NCBI GenBank assembly: GCA_043228905.1
Contig: JBHGNT010000020.1
Location: 5,270,001-5,334,000 of the forward strand
Source: Azolla caroliniana
Taxonomy: Eukaryota; Plantae; Polypodiophyta
DNA: 64,000 bases
Direction: 5' to 3'
Each line of letters opens with the position of its first letter. Positions within the stretch are counted from its first letter, which is position 1. The translations under genes were made by a program, and so were the position numbers. A model generated the notes under the pieces. The model saw only the letters and a list, made by a program, of their open reading frames with translations. It ran no database searches and was not told where the DNA came from. Shown in pieces: positions 50,901 to 64,000 of the stretch.

Positions 50901-53900
50901 AAAAGTAGTAGATCAATATATGAAGATGGCTCATTTCTTGCTATGTACTAAGGAAATCTCTAGTGAAGAAACCGCCGAAATTGTCATGCGTGAAGTATGT
51001 CGGCATCATGGCCTTCTCGATAGTATCATCAGCGACTGTGGACCCCAGTTCGTATCAAAATTTTAAAAGCACCTTTTTTAAATGCTCAAGGTCACTTGTA
51101 ACCTCTCCTCCGACTACCACCCACAAACCGACGGCCAAGCAGAATGAACAAATCAAACGTTGGAGCAGTATCTTCGGTGCTTTCTAAGCTATCATCAGGA
51201 TGACTCGGCAGATATTCTCCACTTCGCCGAATTTTCCTATAATAACTCTGTCCACGCATCGACTAAAGTTACGCCATTTTATGCTTATATGGGCTGTCAC
51301 CCCCGGTGGTGTGTATTTGAAACCCCAGAGTTGTCCAAAAATCCTTGCGCAGAGGATCGTTTAGAGCGGTTACGCAAGATACAAGCTAATTTATCTACTC
51401 ATCTCCAGCAAGCTCAACAAACACACAAGGTTTACGCAGATCGTCATCGACTTCCATCTAGTTTTAACATTGGAGATCGGGTATGGCTACTACGACGACA
51501 CATCAAGACTACTCGCCCATGCGAGAAGTTGGATTATCGGCGATTAGGTCCTTTCCGTATTATAGGAAAGATTAATGATGTCGCTTTTCGTCTCGATCTA
51601 TACCTCCTCAACTTCAGATACATCCAGTGTTTCATAGTTCTCTCCTCGAACCCTATCAAGAGAGCACCATGCTAGGACGTATTACACAACCTCCACCCCC
51701 GATCGAGCTTGAAGATGGACCTGAGTACGAGGTTGCCGCCATCCTTGATTCCAAGATTGTTCGCAACAAACTCTACTATCTAGTCGATTGGCTAGGATAT
51801 AGTCTCAACGAGCATACTTGGGAACCGATAGAGAATGTGACCAATGCTCGTGCTCTTCTTGAAAACTTCCATCGTCAATATCCAGACAAACCGGGTCCTC
51901 AATCCAAAACGACTAGTGACACTCATCATTTTAAAGAGGGGATAGTGTCATGATATGGCAAGACTCGAACCCATGACCTTATGCTACATGGGTCGAGCTC
52001 TTACCATTAGACTATGCATTGTAATATGAAAAATATTATTTTCATTTAATTTTTTTTATAGGAAATTGATGTATATTCTAGAGTTCTTTGGAACATTCTA
52101 GAAACTTCAGGAGTACTCTAGAACATTCTAAAGGAGGCACAAGGCATTATTTCGAACCAAATCGGTTCAACGCTAGTCTTAAGCCTCCTAGTTACTATTG
52201 TATAATCTCTTCACATAATATATATCTTTTATCATCATTCTCTCTCACTCATTCTGTCTCTCTCTCTATCTCTCTCTCTCGCTCACTCTTTCCTTCTCTC
52301 GAGAGTTCTACACCTCTCCTAGCATTAATCCTCAGCTTTTAGTACTAATTCCTTCTCTGTCTTAGTATTGATCCGGACAGCTCCCATGTCTGATTCTAAT
52401 GAATTGAGCCCATTTCGGATTTGATGGCTTCTAGCCATGTTTCGGCGTCCGGTGCTTGGTTCGCCATGGTTCTTCATAGGTGCTTGGTTTGCCTGCATTC
52501 GTGTAGTTGACGTAGTCAAGGCCCGATTGCTAGAACTCTATTTGCCTTCGAGCTCGTCCAGATCTCCTGTGTGCCGAGATGTTTGGTTCGGATCCTTCGA
52601 TCAGCTCTGCTGGTCAATTGGTATTAGTTGAACCATTTGTATCAGGAGTCTTGTTAGGTGTCCCGTCCCTAGATTGGGATTTCGTCGGTTTCTGGTTATC
52701 CTCCCATGTGGTTGTCGTCGACTCATTTCTAACTTGTCTCTTGGTGACTTTGTCTTTATCGATCTTTGTTGATTCGGTTGTGTCTTTGATGACTTTGTCT
52801 TTAAGTTCGATGATAGGACTTGTTGCCGATTTGGTGTTGGCAGGGAAGTTGTCAGCTTGCTTGAGTTCGACTGTTTGTCGAGTCTCCGATTCGGCCGAGC
52901 GGGTTGGTCCTTCAACGATAGTGTTGTCATCTTCGAAGGATACCTTCTTACCAACTGTTTTCTATTGGTTCCGCTGAGAGAAAATGGAGTCTTCATTGAA
53001 GACTACATTGCTGCTCCGGACGGTGCCAGATTTATTAGGTACACTACCGTCTGCAATGCGTTGGCCTAGAATTCTAGCTTCAGTCCGGCTTGCTAGAGCA
53101 TTGCCGTCACCCTCCCCTGGATTGTCTTTTTGATCCGTTCTACCACTCCATTTTGCATGGGTGTGTAGGGAATGGTCTTTTGGTGTCGGATCCCTTTTCC
53201 GGACAGGTACTGTTTGAAGGCTTTGGAGGTGTACTCACATTTGTTGTCAGATTGGAGTGTTTTCACTCTGTATCCCAACCGGTTCTCCACTTCAGATATC
53301 CATTGAGTGAAGACCTCAAGAACTTCATCTTTGGACTTGATGGAGTATGCCCAAACTTTTCGTGTACAGTCATCTACGAATGTGATGAAGTATTGGGAGC
53401 CTCCTAGTGATCGCTTCGGCATGGGCCCACATATGTCTGTGTGCACGAGCTCTAGGGGATGTCGTACCATCTCGTAGTGGAGAGAGTGCGAACTTCGGGT
53501 CTGTTTCCCATATCGACAATGCTCACAGAAGTCTGTCTTTGCCTAGAGTTTCGGGATGTAGCCGACCGACATAAGCCGATCATGTCTGGCTTGAGACATG
53601 TGGCCAAGTCGGTCATGCCATAAGTTTGGGTCGGTTTTCTCAACTACGTTCACGGCCCTTTCAGGGTTGATCGCCATCAATGGGTATAGATTATTATACT
53701 TGTACCCACTACCGATTTTGTGGTGTCCTCGGCTGATCACCCATATCAACTCGTGTAGAGTCGTTCTATACCCGTCTTCGGCTAACATGCCGATGGAGAC
53801 CAGACTCCTCTTTAGATCGGGTACGTGCCGAACTCGGTGCAGGGTTATTGTGTTGCCATTTCGCAATCTGATGGGAACCTCCCTAGTTCAGGCTATCTTG

Positions 53901-55060
53901 CACTCTTGCCCGTTTCCCAATCGGACTGTGCCGTTGGCGTCGGTTGAATAGTTCGAGAACCATTCAATGTTGGGGGTCACGTGAAATGTGGTGCCAGAGT
54001 CTAGTAGCCATGTGTGTGCAAGTTGTGCAATATAGAGGACTTCTCCGATCATTGAGTCCTCTAAGGAGAGGATTTATCCGGATCGGGTGTCAACAACGTT
54101 GATTTGGTTGCCGACTGGAGAGTGATCCAAGTCGGAACGTCCCCGACTGCGCTCAGATCGACGACCACTCTCTTTTCTTTTTAATGACCAATAGTCGGAA
54201 ACATTGTGGCCAACTTTCCTGCAGTGTGTGTAGTACTCAGTTGATTGGCCCGTTTTCAACTTCGACCGTTGTTGGTCTCCCCTCGTTTTCGACTGGTTTT
54301 GTCAGCTTGTTCTTTCGTTCGACTCTGTCAGTGGAACCACTCGGTCAAGTGATGGGCTTCTGCCGACTCATCAATGGTTAATCCCATCGATTTTCGCCTA
54401 ATGTCCTCTGTGAGGACTTGGCCGATTGTTTCGTCCAAGTTTAGGATCGGTCAGCTATTGGCATATGTCGTGTAGAATACCTCCCAACTCACTGGCAAGC
54501 TCGATAGGAGGGCAAGGGCTTTCACTTCTTCTTCGAAGTTGATCCCTTGTGATGAGAGCTCAGACAACATCCGGTTGAAGGTGTTGATGTGGGAGGTTGC
54601 TGGATTGGTCTCTCTTATCTTCATGTTGAACACTTGTTTGGTCAAAATCAATCTCAAAGATGAGGACTTATTTTCATAAACGGCATGTAGCTTCTCCCAC
54701 AATGAGAACACTGTTGTCACTTTCGCCATGTTGAAATAGACATTTTCGGTCAGATGCATTCGGATGGTGGAGCATGCGATTTCGTCCATTGATCTCCACG
54801 CCTCGGCTGTCATTGAAGTAGGTTTTTCACTATGCCGAATGGCTTTGACCTGTCTTCGAATGACCAGCACATCCTGCATCATCTCCTTCCACAAGGCAAA
54901 GTTTTTGCCGTCGAATTTTTTGATTTCAACTCCTGTTCCGGATGTTGAAGCCATGTTGTTTTTTGTGAACTTGAGATTTCTGACCTGGTCTTTTCTTTCA
55001 GCTTCTTCTGGTAGAGAATTAGTCCACAAGCGAGAGTACATTAGAGAAAGTGTCCTCTGG
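44992..55060 (-). mobile_element. Decayed Tnt1/Tork-like copia (3' LTR 44992-45239; 5' LTR not seen), interrupted by a chromovirus
   Basis: gag EIKKFDGKNFALWK; PR; LVHTDICGP integrase; NQTWELV rejoined across the insertion; RT; RNase H KHIEVQYH; PPT aggggag. Confidence 0.85.
46802..52379 (+). mobile_element. Full-length Tcn1-like chromovirus (LTRs 46802-47237 and 51946-52379)
   Basis: TSD gctct/gctcc; gag 47240-48319, PR LLDSGA, RT YLDD, RNase H EADASDF, integrase, chromodomain EYEVAAIL..YLVDWLGY..TWEP; PPT aaagagggga. Confidence 0.95.
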
Positions 55061-55549
55061 TAGGTAGAATTCCCGTATTCTTAGCCCTTCAAATGAGCTC
55101 CATTCATCGAGTGATTATGGTCAAAAACAATTTGATGGAGAAAGAGATTCAACTGGTGATCAAGCAATTTATAATGAAACTACAAGGTTTGATATGGATA
55201 GGGATTGAGGGCTCTTCTTACCATGAACTAGGCAATATAAGAGGGCATCGAGATGCTGCATGCAAAATTGGTAATGAACCTGCACTGTATGCTGAGTCAA
55301 GGACTGGAAGAGTGAGGCCGTCAACAAGCTAGATGGCGTGAATGTGGAGGGAAGAAATCTTGGAGTAAGCATGAATGGAGATAGACCTGCTGGAAGAGGC
55401 CTAAGCAATATTGAAATACACCGCCTGATATCCATCGTGGAGATGCGAATGATCTACACAATCGTCGCCACCACCATTGTTGCCACCGCCACCACCATCC
55501 GCTAGAATCGAAAGGTTGGAATACGAATTGAAGAATTGAAAAGACAAAA

Positions 55550-56021
55550 GACAAAGGGGCAGAGAAGAAAATTACAAGAACTCAAGGGTACACACTCAAA
55601 TTTCAAAAGCACAAGGGCACAGTATGAAATTTCAGAAACGCAAGGGCACACAAGCAAAATTTGGAAGGGCAAGACACGAGATTTGTAAAACTCAAGGTTA
55701 CTTTATATAATTTTAGAAAAAAACTGAGGGGTAGGATATAAAATTTTGAAATTACAACTCACATGATGAAAGAAAGAATACACAAACGCACAACACGATT
55801 TCACGACCCATGCCACATTGAACTAGCCGATTGGTGTATGATACAATCACGACTTGTGTTGACCGAATGAGAAGGTTCGAGTCAAGAAAAGCTCTGATCG
55901 AGGTTATCGATCGTAGAGCAGTGATACGGTCGAGGGATTTCTGACCGTTGAGACGACTGTTGGAGTTCTGGTCGAGAAGAGTTGCCATGGCGAGTAGGTT
56001 CACCGTGCAATGCACTGTCCC
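55550..56021. repeat. Second copy of the 5722-6060 repeat (possible MULE-like terminus)
   Basis: Aligned by eye to 5722-6060; aagggcac subrepeats; ends tgcactgtccc. Confidence 0.5.
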
Positions 56022-57815
56022 AATGACTACAAAGGAGGTTGGATGGAAAGAAGGATCTACACAAGTGCTGAAGCATGAAGATAATATTCTAAGGAGCCAT
56101 TTTACTCGGAATCACTGGGCTTGGGCAACTACAGAAATGAAAGTACGACTTGGTGATTTATCGGAGGCAATCATGGCTCTGATTGATAGTGGCTCGGAGA
56201 TAAACCTCATGTCCTTGGAGGTTTACAAGCAAGGAGGGTGGCCGATGACTTCTGATCACCATTGGAGGATTCCATCAACAACACAATCATCAGAGGAGTT
56301 ATCTAGAGCTTGCCCAGATGTGGAGGTTTCAATCGGTGGTGTTATTGTGCTTCAACATTTCTTTATTCAGGATTCAGCCACATATCCAGTTATATTGGGG
56401 CAACCCTTTATGGTTGTTATTTGCATGGAGACCGAGGTATTGGATGATGGATCAGCCTATGCTCGGATCAAAGATATGGATGGTGGAAGGACAATACAAT
56501 TTCAGACAGTTTGACCTAATCATGAAAGAAACAAGGATAGTTTACATGTATCCTCTGATCAGGATTTTTAGATAGGACTATTGTAAAACAAGGCTATGAT
56601 AGTCCGGGACAACAAAAGTCCCTGTATGAGAATAACTGTTCCGGAAATAATAAAGTTTATGTTTCTTATACTGGAGCAATCTCATTTTCTTCTATTGATG
56701 ATTTAAATCGTAAAAGCCAGGTAAATGTGGAAGACATTCGAGTGATGCTTCTTAAACATCAGATTCTGGAACCAAATGATCAGGTGTCAGGAATTATGGA
56801 GGAACTTTCCTTTGTGGATACCATTGGAGAGTTGGAAAATTCTTTGTATTCAAATGAAGGTCGGTCATTTTTTATGCTGGCCAATTCAGTGGATATGTAT
56901 GTATGCTGAAATCGGATGGATATGGTTGCTCGTGTCCATACTAAATATAAGACAGTGGATCGGAAAGTTCGACCTATAGCGGAACCATTGCCAGTTGATA
57001 ACATAGATCGGCTAAAAAGGGTGAAGGAAGAACCAATGTTACGGGATCCAAGGATGATTGGTCATGTGTTTACGGAGTCTTCGCAAGGGAAGCTTCAGAT
57101 AGGAGGGGGTGATTTCCTTAATCAAGCTGAAGAAAGCCAATTTCGAAAGATGTTATCTCAACATGGTAAGGCTTTTGCTTTTTCACCTTTAGAGGTAGGT
57201 TGTGTGGACCCACAACTGGTGGAGCCAATGATTATATTTACTATCCCTCATATGCCTTGGAACTTGAAACCAATTCCTGTTCCAAGAGCTCATATTCTGA
57301 AACTCATTGAGTTGCTAAAAGAGAAGGTGCATATGGGTATCTTGGAGCCTTCGAATGCTCCGTATTCTAACCGGTGGTTTACAATGCCAAAAAAGAACAG
57401 ATCTCTCAGGTTCATTCAAGATCTCCAACCAGTTAACAAAGTAACGATTTGGAATTCAGGAGTTGGTCCCGTCGTGGATTCCTTCGCAAAATCTTTTGTA
57501 GGTAGAGCTATCTACTCCATGGTTGATTTGTATTCCGGATATGATCAATTTCAGCTTGCTTTGGATAGTAGGGACATTACTACAATGTGTACACCTATTG
57601 GGCTGGTTCGAATGTGTACTTTACCACAAGGCGCAAGTAATTCTGTCGCTCATATGATGAACGCAATGAATAAGGTGCTCAGGGATCACAATCCTCATCG
57701 AACAATGCCTTTCTTGGATGACATTTCGATTAAAGGATGTCTAGAAGAGGAGAAGGATGAAGAAGTTGGGTCGGATGGATGTCGGAAATTCATCTCAGAT
57801 CATATAGCAGACTGT
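56022..57815 (+). pseudogene. Gypsy protease + RT fragment, diverged relative of the element at 16046-22651
   Basis: ALIDSGSEINLM; KYKTVDRKVRP...DLYSGYDQF...LPQGASNS...FLDDISIKG. Confidence 0.9.
56562..56625 (+). promoter_or_regulatory. Putative -1 frameshift signal, homologous to 18028
   Basis: G GAT TTT TAG; stem ggactatt/gatagtcc; loop acaagg vs downstream ccctgt; RT ORFs lie in the -1 frame. Confidence 0.7.
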
Positions 57816-59096
57816 GAAGACATAGAGAGCAACAACAACACGAATAGCAGTAGGAGAGTGAATAACCACTCGAAATTGTGGACCAAAGCATATTGGACAT
57901 ACTCGACGAAGATTGACGGGGCTAAACCATGGGTTCGACGTACAATGTACTGTCCCACGGGTGTGCCATGTGTTTGTCGGAAACTGGAGTATGAAAGACA
58001 AGTGGGGGACGAGTTGGATATTAAGTTATGAATATTAATGAGTTAGATTTAAATAAAGAACGAACGGATCCGGAAGAGTGGCACCGATCCGGATCCGGAC
58101 CGATACGTAGCTGGTTGTTGGTATGGCACCATTTTGTAATTAGAACCGGATGCCTATAAAAGGATCCAAAGAATGTTGTATTATGGGACGGAATTAATAT
58201 AGGTAAAGTTGTCTTGTAAATTATTGTGAATCTATGTCTTCCCATTCTATGCTTATTGTCTTATCTTACGCGTGTAATCAATCCGTGTATGTTGTTAATC
58301 CGCACCCGATCCGGAACCAGTAGGATTTAATTATATGTTTGCCAGAAGCATTAACCTCGTAACCACGCCTTTGGTGAAGTGATCCGGGAGGACACCCTCT
58401 ATTAGTGGCTAGTCCAGCCCAGGATTAACAGAGGGTGCTCCTAGCAGATGCAGAGAACTGGAAAAAAACCAAGGACAATTTCTAGAAGATTGACGACCAA
58501 AATATAGTCACCATCCGTGAGGAATTCTCGGACGACTTCTTCTCCTTGGCCTAATCCCACCGTGAAGTTGTTCGAAGGATGATTAAAAGGCTTGAGGATG
58601 ATCAAGTCAGAATGCAACTTCAATTCGAGCAAAACGAATGGGAACACCGACGGTTGGAAGCAGAAAAATGGAAGGCGGCAATAAATATAAGTGATGTGGG
58701 GCAGACTGCGGAACCACAACCGCAGCAAGACGAACTGTTGAAGAAAGCCGGAGCTACACAGCTAAGGGAAGCCGGTGCAAACAATAACAAGGTAGTCGGG
58801 TCGAAGTAGCAAGCAGGAACAGGGAATGGTTCTAATGCTGAAACTGACGGAAGAACGGAGATGCCTCTACCGAAAGAATCCAGAGAGCAATAACAGCAAG
58901 AAGAGCAGCAACAGAGTGAAGAACCACTCAAAACCCTTGGCCAGAGCATATTGGACACACTCGACGAAGAATGATGGGGCTAAACCGTGGGTTTGACGTA
59001 CAATGTATTATCCCACAGGCATGCCATGTCTTTGCTGGTGGCCCGAGTATGATAGACAAGTGGGGAATGAGTTTGATATTAAGTTATGAATATTAT
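57816..59096 (+). repeat. Retroelement 3' region/LTR-like sequence; ~57880-58035 is repeated at ~58940-59095
   Basis: Shared agcatattggacay..gacaagtgggg..gatattaagttatgaatatta; TATA ~58155; ends ggattaaca ~58430. Confidence 0.5.
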
Positions 59097-60143
59097 GAAA
59101 AATGGAGCCGAGTCGACTAAAGAAGTCGGCACATCTGAACAAGTCGGAATAAGCGGTGACGACGACATAGTCAAGAAGGACAGAGCCGACCAGAACAAGA
59201 AGGCCAAGTCCCGGACATGGTTCGACGTGGTGAAGGGCAAGATGGTTGAAGACGAATTGGAGATAGCCAATTTGGAGAAGAGCTGAAATGAATCAGAGGC
59301 ACGTGATTCGGAAGAAGAGTTTGATTCAGGGAAGCTGAATCAACTAAAGGTCAAACGGATGAGAAGGTAGCTGAAGTCTACACCGACACAAAGGAATCAA
59401 CAGGGGTCGAGAAGCGCTAAAGACACAACAACAATAAAGCTGAGATGGGCCTTATGAGCAGATAAGCCGACCGAGAAGGTTGAGAGGCGTGGAAAACGGG
59501 ACCGAATGAGTCGAGGAGGGCGAGCAAGGCCGAAAGACGCCAAGAGGATCCGGAGGGAAGGACCAACAAACATTGAAACCCCGATCCGACCTCAAGTTGA
59601 CCTTGAGGGCGAGTGTTGAGTGGACAAGCTCAACCAGATCCAGATCGACTGAATAAACCGGAGCCGGATTGGTATTTGGAATGGAGAACCGGATAGGTAT
59701 CTAGAACCAAGAGCCGGATTAGAGAGACAAATCATATTGTAACCGGTAGGCCGTTAGAAGTCTACAATCTTAGCCTAGTATGTAGGCATATTCCTTGGAG
59801 TTAGTGTCAATCACTCGTATGAGCATTGAAGTACTTGTCAATACTTCTATAAGTCCTTTTAAGGACTTGTGTAAAATGTTCTTTGTAGGACATTGTAGGT
59901 ACAAAGTGTTATTATTTTGAATTGAGTTTATGTTATTCTGCTCTCTCTGTCTCTCCCATACTATGTATTCTCAAGCTTCCATTAAACCTTCATTTCTGTT
60001 TTACTGTTGTTATCTAGCTTAGCCGGTTTATCTAAGCTTCCGCATATTAACTTTACAAAATAGAATTGGTGTTATCTATGTATGTAGTTTTATTTGTGCA
60101 TCTTGCACACTTCACATTTAGCAACCCTACCGTCAATTCAACA
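59097..60143 (+). mobile_element. Copia 3' tail, PPT and LTR (59614-60143)
   Basis: TWFDVVKG..EDELE tail like that at 23161-23500; PPT ttgagggcgag; tgttgagtggacaagctcaac...tcaaca. Confidence 0.75.
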
Positions 60144-61353
60144 TATATCATATAATTATTTGTGAAATTGTCAAGATATCTCTCTTAATCTTAAAGTTTT
60201 GTTAGGTCACAATTTTACGTTTTTATGATATGTGAAATGTTTTACTACTAGTTGCATATGAATAAACTATCATTTGCACTAAAATCAAAGCATTACAATA
60301 CAAATTCCAAATCTTGATTTGGATATATTCCAAGCTCCATCTAGTGTTTATACGTGAAAATACTTCCACAAGCACAAATACATTAATGTTTGAGAAAATA
60401 CCAATAAATCAAATCATGTTATTGTATATAATTGAAATTCGACTTTGAATGCGGTCCCTTTAGTGTATGCAATTCTTTTTTAGAGGACACCAAATGTTCC
60501 TCGCATCTCCGTTTAGTGTATGCATTTCTTTTCTATAGCCCACCAAATGTTTCTTGGCATAGGTCGGTTAAACTTGTCCCTGCACATATCTCAAGAATAA
60601 TGGTTAATTATTAGATTTCAATCAATTTCGAAATGTATTGAATCAAGGATTAGTAAAGCTTGTCTTAAGATACTCTTAGATGTTCTGCATTGGTTACTGT
60701 TAAGATATGTAGAATTATATGCCTAATTTTAGCCATCTTTGAATTGCTACATGCCTAGATTGATTGAGCTTTGTTATCTAAAATAAAATTATTGATGGAA
60801 TACAAGGCCTAACCCATGTTTATTATTTGTTTTGAGATGTGGTGGTTTATGAAATGAATGTAAGGTTGATTACCTTAAAGCTATAAACCTTAAATTCCAT
60901 TCAAATGTTATTTGCTCGTAAAAGAAAGAAATGCTAGAGAAAATTCAACAGAAAACCATCTTTGTGTGGAAATGACAATGGAGGTAACCTAATTAACCCA
61001 TACATGCCCTTCAACTTGTTAGATATAATATGGTAAATAACAACAAACTTACCATTTTGATTGATAGACGGATCATAGAGATCTCAATACTATCACCTTG
61101 TTGACTCGAGACTAGGAACCTTGGCATCTTGATTGATACATGAATTGTGGACCCGAGACATTAAACTCTTTGCTCTATTCTTCTTTTTCTCCATATTCAA
61201 TTGACTAATTAATGTGGTGATCACTTTCACTCTCTTAATCTTTTTGTTGTAATAAGTAGCTTACCCTAGTGTTAAGTCATTTACATCAACACTACTTGGG
61301 TTCAAAACCCAATTTTCTCACCTCTCTATTATATTCTTCATGCATATCACTTA

Positions 61354-61482
61354 ATTCACTAGATGCCATTGTGGAAAGTAAGGGTTGAACCCATGACCAT
61401 TCACTAGATGCCACTGTGGAATGTAGGGGTTTAACCCATGACCACCTAGTCTCCATTGGGCCACCTTACCAACTAAGCTACA
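61354..61482 (-). mobile_element. tRNA-derived SINE-like head with a ~45-bp internal tandem duplication
   Basis: A box tagcttagttggta; B box gggttaaaccc/gggttcaaccc; 61354-61398 is duplicated at 61399-61443. Confidence 0.55.
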
Positions 61483-61640
61483 TCCATCTTTCTCACACAC
61501 ACACACAAGAATAATTTATTATTAATTCACTTTCCTCTATACAAATTATGAGTTTCTTCTAGTTACTTTTAAGTACCATATTATCCACAACGTAATCAAT
61601 CAGACACATACACACATAGTTGAATGGGAACAGTGGTTAC

Positions 61641-61848
61641 CAAGGAAGAGATCATCTTGATACTGGAAGAGGTCGGGACAAAAGAGGTGACATGCAGGGG
61701 AGCATATCTTGGAGAGTAAGGAAAGGTTGTTGGAAGACTCTGCTACCACCGAAGGAAATCCCAACCTCATGTGGGGAAGCCCACACACATTTATACAGGA
61801 CTCAGAAGGTACCCTCCCGGCTGGCCGTTTTGCAAGCATTGTGGATGC
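61641..61848 (-). CDS. Exon of PAR1-like (photoassimilate-responsive) Cys-rich protein, C-terminal part
   Basis: Acceptor tatgtag; ASTMLAKRPAGRVPSESCINVCGLPHMRLGF...SKICSPACHLFCPDL matches the PAR1 pattern ECIxACGL...KLCSxxCxxxCPNI; putative donor gtaacc at 61640, or the frame reads on to a stop at 61600. Confidence 0.75.
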
Positions 61849-62375
61849 CTACATACACAAAAAAAATATACAAATTTTACATATCATATTACAAAGGATT
61901 TTATCCCTAGCTCATAAGAAGACAAAACATTTTCACAATCTGATTTTGAGGACATTGAGGACCCAACACTAAAAAACCTTGTGTGGAGGCTCCACATATT
62001 TAGCACTTGAAGTCTTGTGGTTGGTGTTAATTCCCTTACATCATGATAGAAGGGAAATGGGGGCGACTTAGATAAGTATGAATAAGAAAATGAACCCAAT
62101 TCACATGATAGACCTCATTTTAGCTAGGTACTACTCTTTGCCTTTTTCCTATAGGAGCTACCCTTTGCCTTTAAGCCGGAAATCAACATCTTTCCGATTC
62201 CAAAAATGGTCACAAAGGGGTTGGACAATCCCACATAAATCCATATAATTCCCATGGTTTACAAGGTCACGAATCAAGTGAGAAAATTTAATATTTCCTT
62301 CATGTAGATATGGTGGTTGTGAATCTCAATTTATACTTTCTATGGTGTTTCTTGGAGTATGGACAAATGTTTTAC

Positions 62376-62485
62376 CTCACATTTGTATGTGTTCCCTTCT
62401 TTCTGAAGCACACAATGTTGTCCTCGCGATGATACTGAATAGCTACACCGAGTTATTGGCAAGTTCTCACATAATAATGATGCAT
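62376..62485 (-). CDS. Exon of PAR1-like protein, N-terminal domain part
   Basis: AG/GT flanks; xASLLCENLPITRCSYSVSSRGQHCVLQKEGNTYKCE matches PAR1 CENL...CAFAVSSxGKRCVLEK...YxC; phase 0 joins in frame to the 61848 exon. Confidence 0.8.
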
Positions 62486-63348
62486 CTGCCACTAATTTGA
62501 GGTTTAAGTTAATTAGGACATTGATGAAAGTATTCACAAACATAATGCAGAAAAATCTCTCTAAGAAACCTACTAGAAATAATAGGGAGTGTTGTTATTA
62601 GGGCTACAAACACTATGTATGTTGTCCTCATGATGTCACGTTCTATGGAGATGTTGAGCTCTTAGTAGTATTGTTTTTTTTCACTTCACTTGCAAACAAC
62701 TTGAGGAGGCTTCAATCATCTATTATAGTTGCCAAAGTCATGCTATGCTCTGAGAAAAAATATTATAATTAACAATAAGTAGATCACTACACATGCCCCT
62801 CGTTTTCATTCAACTCCTCTTCAACCAACCATCAAAGCTTTTTGGTATTTGTGAAATTTTACTTTACAACACATTGTTTAAAGGGAAAGGAAACATACAT
62901 TTACTGGCAACAACTTGCAAAGTTTTATATTAAGTTTGAATAAACAATCTTCAAGCACCCTCATCATCGATCATAGTGATGATGTGCACGTATATAAATA
63001 TATTTTCTTAAGAACTTTCATTTGATGTTATGGATACACATACACACATAAAGTCAAATGAGTTATAGACTATTATTGTAGAGTTCTTGAAAATTTCCCC
63101 AGCCTTAAACAAACTCTCTACATCTGTAGAGGGAAAGACACACATTATATATATAACACATCATTGTTGACTTATGTCTGTTTTTTCATGGCTTTTATCC
63201 TTCTTCTTTTCTTGGGAAAGATGAACTATTAAACAAATGATAGTTTTAAAGCTTTTGAGTTTGATATGGAAAAATTTAAATCAAATCTAGGGAATCAGTG
63301 AGAGATGAAGGAACTCCATTTACATGTAAGGACTTTTCAAGTAACTTA

Positions 63349-63356
<8 letters not shown>

Positions 63357-63389
<33 letters not shown>
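63357..63389. repeat. (TA)n microsatellite
   Basis: Direct observation. Confidence 0.9.
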
Positions 63390-63392
<3 letters not shown>

Positions 63393-64000
63393 AACGTGAT
63401 AGATCATGGATGATCTATTACTACAAATCTTAATATTACACCATAGAACTAAATAATTATATGACAATTCTTGAAGAATCAAAAATTCGACCTACGCTCA
63501 AAGCTCAATATATCTATGTCAATTCTCACATTTATCTTTATAATATTTTTTCAACAACTTTCTATATGTGATATCGTATTTCGGAACACTTAACGTGGGT
63601 ATGTTTTCGAAGAAAGGAGCGCATGGGTGAATCACTCCTTGTTGGTAAGGTGGCTTAGTCCATCACTATGATAATCAAACTTTATTATATGATGTAGTTT
63701 GAAAATACCTTTGATATTCATCATTGTTAGTTGTATCACTAGTTTATCTAAATATGCTTCCTTGTCACATTTAGGAGTTGATTTATATAATGATAAAAAA
63801 AGCATACATTCCAAACACAAACTAAACTAGCCAACAAGTAAAAAATCAATAAAGAGGGATAAAGAATTGAAATTAGATTACTATTAACTACTTTGGAAGT
63901 AGAAATAATGTTTACCTAAAACAATCTTGGTTTTACAAGATAGGTCATTAATTTTGTCATATGAAGATTGGTCTTGACATGATAGGTAATTCATTTCGTC

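Noticed and set aside
62690-62750. Additional PAR1 exon after the acceptor-like tttttctcag
   Set aside because: Stops in all three frames

Overview
Eukaryotic DNA, most likely from a non-seed land plant (fern, lycophyte or bryophyte; inferred from the 18S fragment and the retroelement lineages). Bases 1 to ~60,140 are a deeply nested, decayed LTR-retrotransposon island. It holds three Tcn1-like chromoviral Ty3/gypsy families, a non-chromoviral gypsy lineage, a Tat/Athila-like element with a long extra 3' ORF, and several Ty1/copia elements. Four elements have both LTRs plus target-site duplications: 6244-11211, 22695-33355, 27653-32916 and 46802-52379. The last ~3.9 kb is AT-rich host sequence carrying two spliced exons of a PAR1-like gene on the - strand. 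Most notable signals: (1) tRNA-like Pol III A/B-box modules built antisense into the U3 of LTRs from unrelated gypsy lineages; (2) a G_GAU_UUU slippery site plus pseudoknot (-1 frameshift cassette) between protease and RT, conserved in two diverged elements; (3) covarying 11-nt self-priming PBSs in three chromovirus families; (4) a Penelope-like element with hammerhead-like motifs fused in frame to a gypsy RNase H; (5) a 5'ETS/18S rDNA fragment inside an LTR. All calls were made by eye, without database searches, and boundaries not fixed by TG..CA/TSD are approximate.
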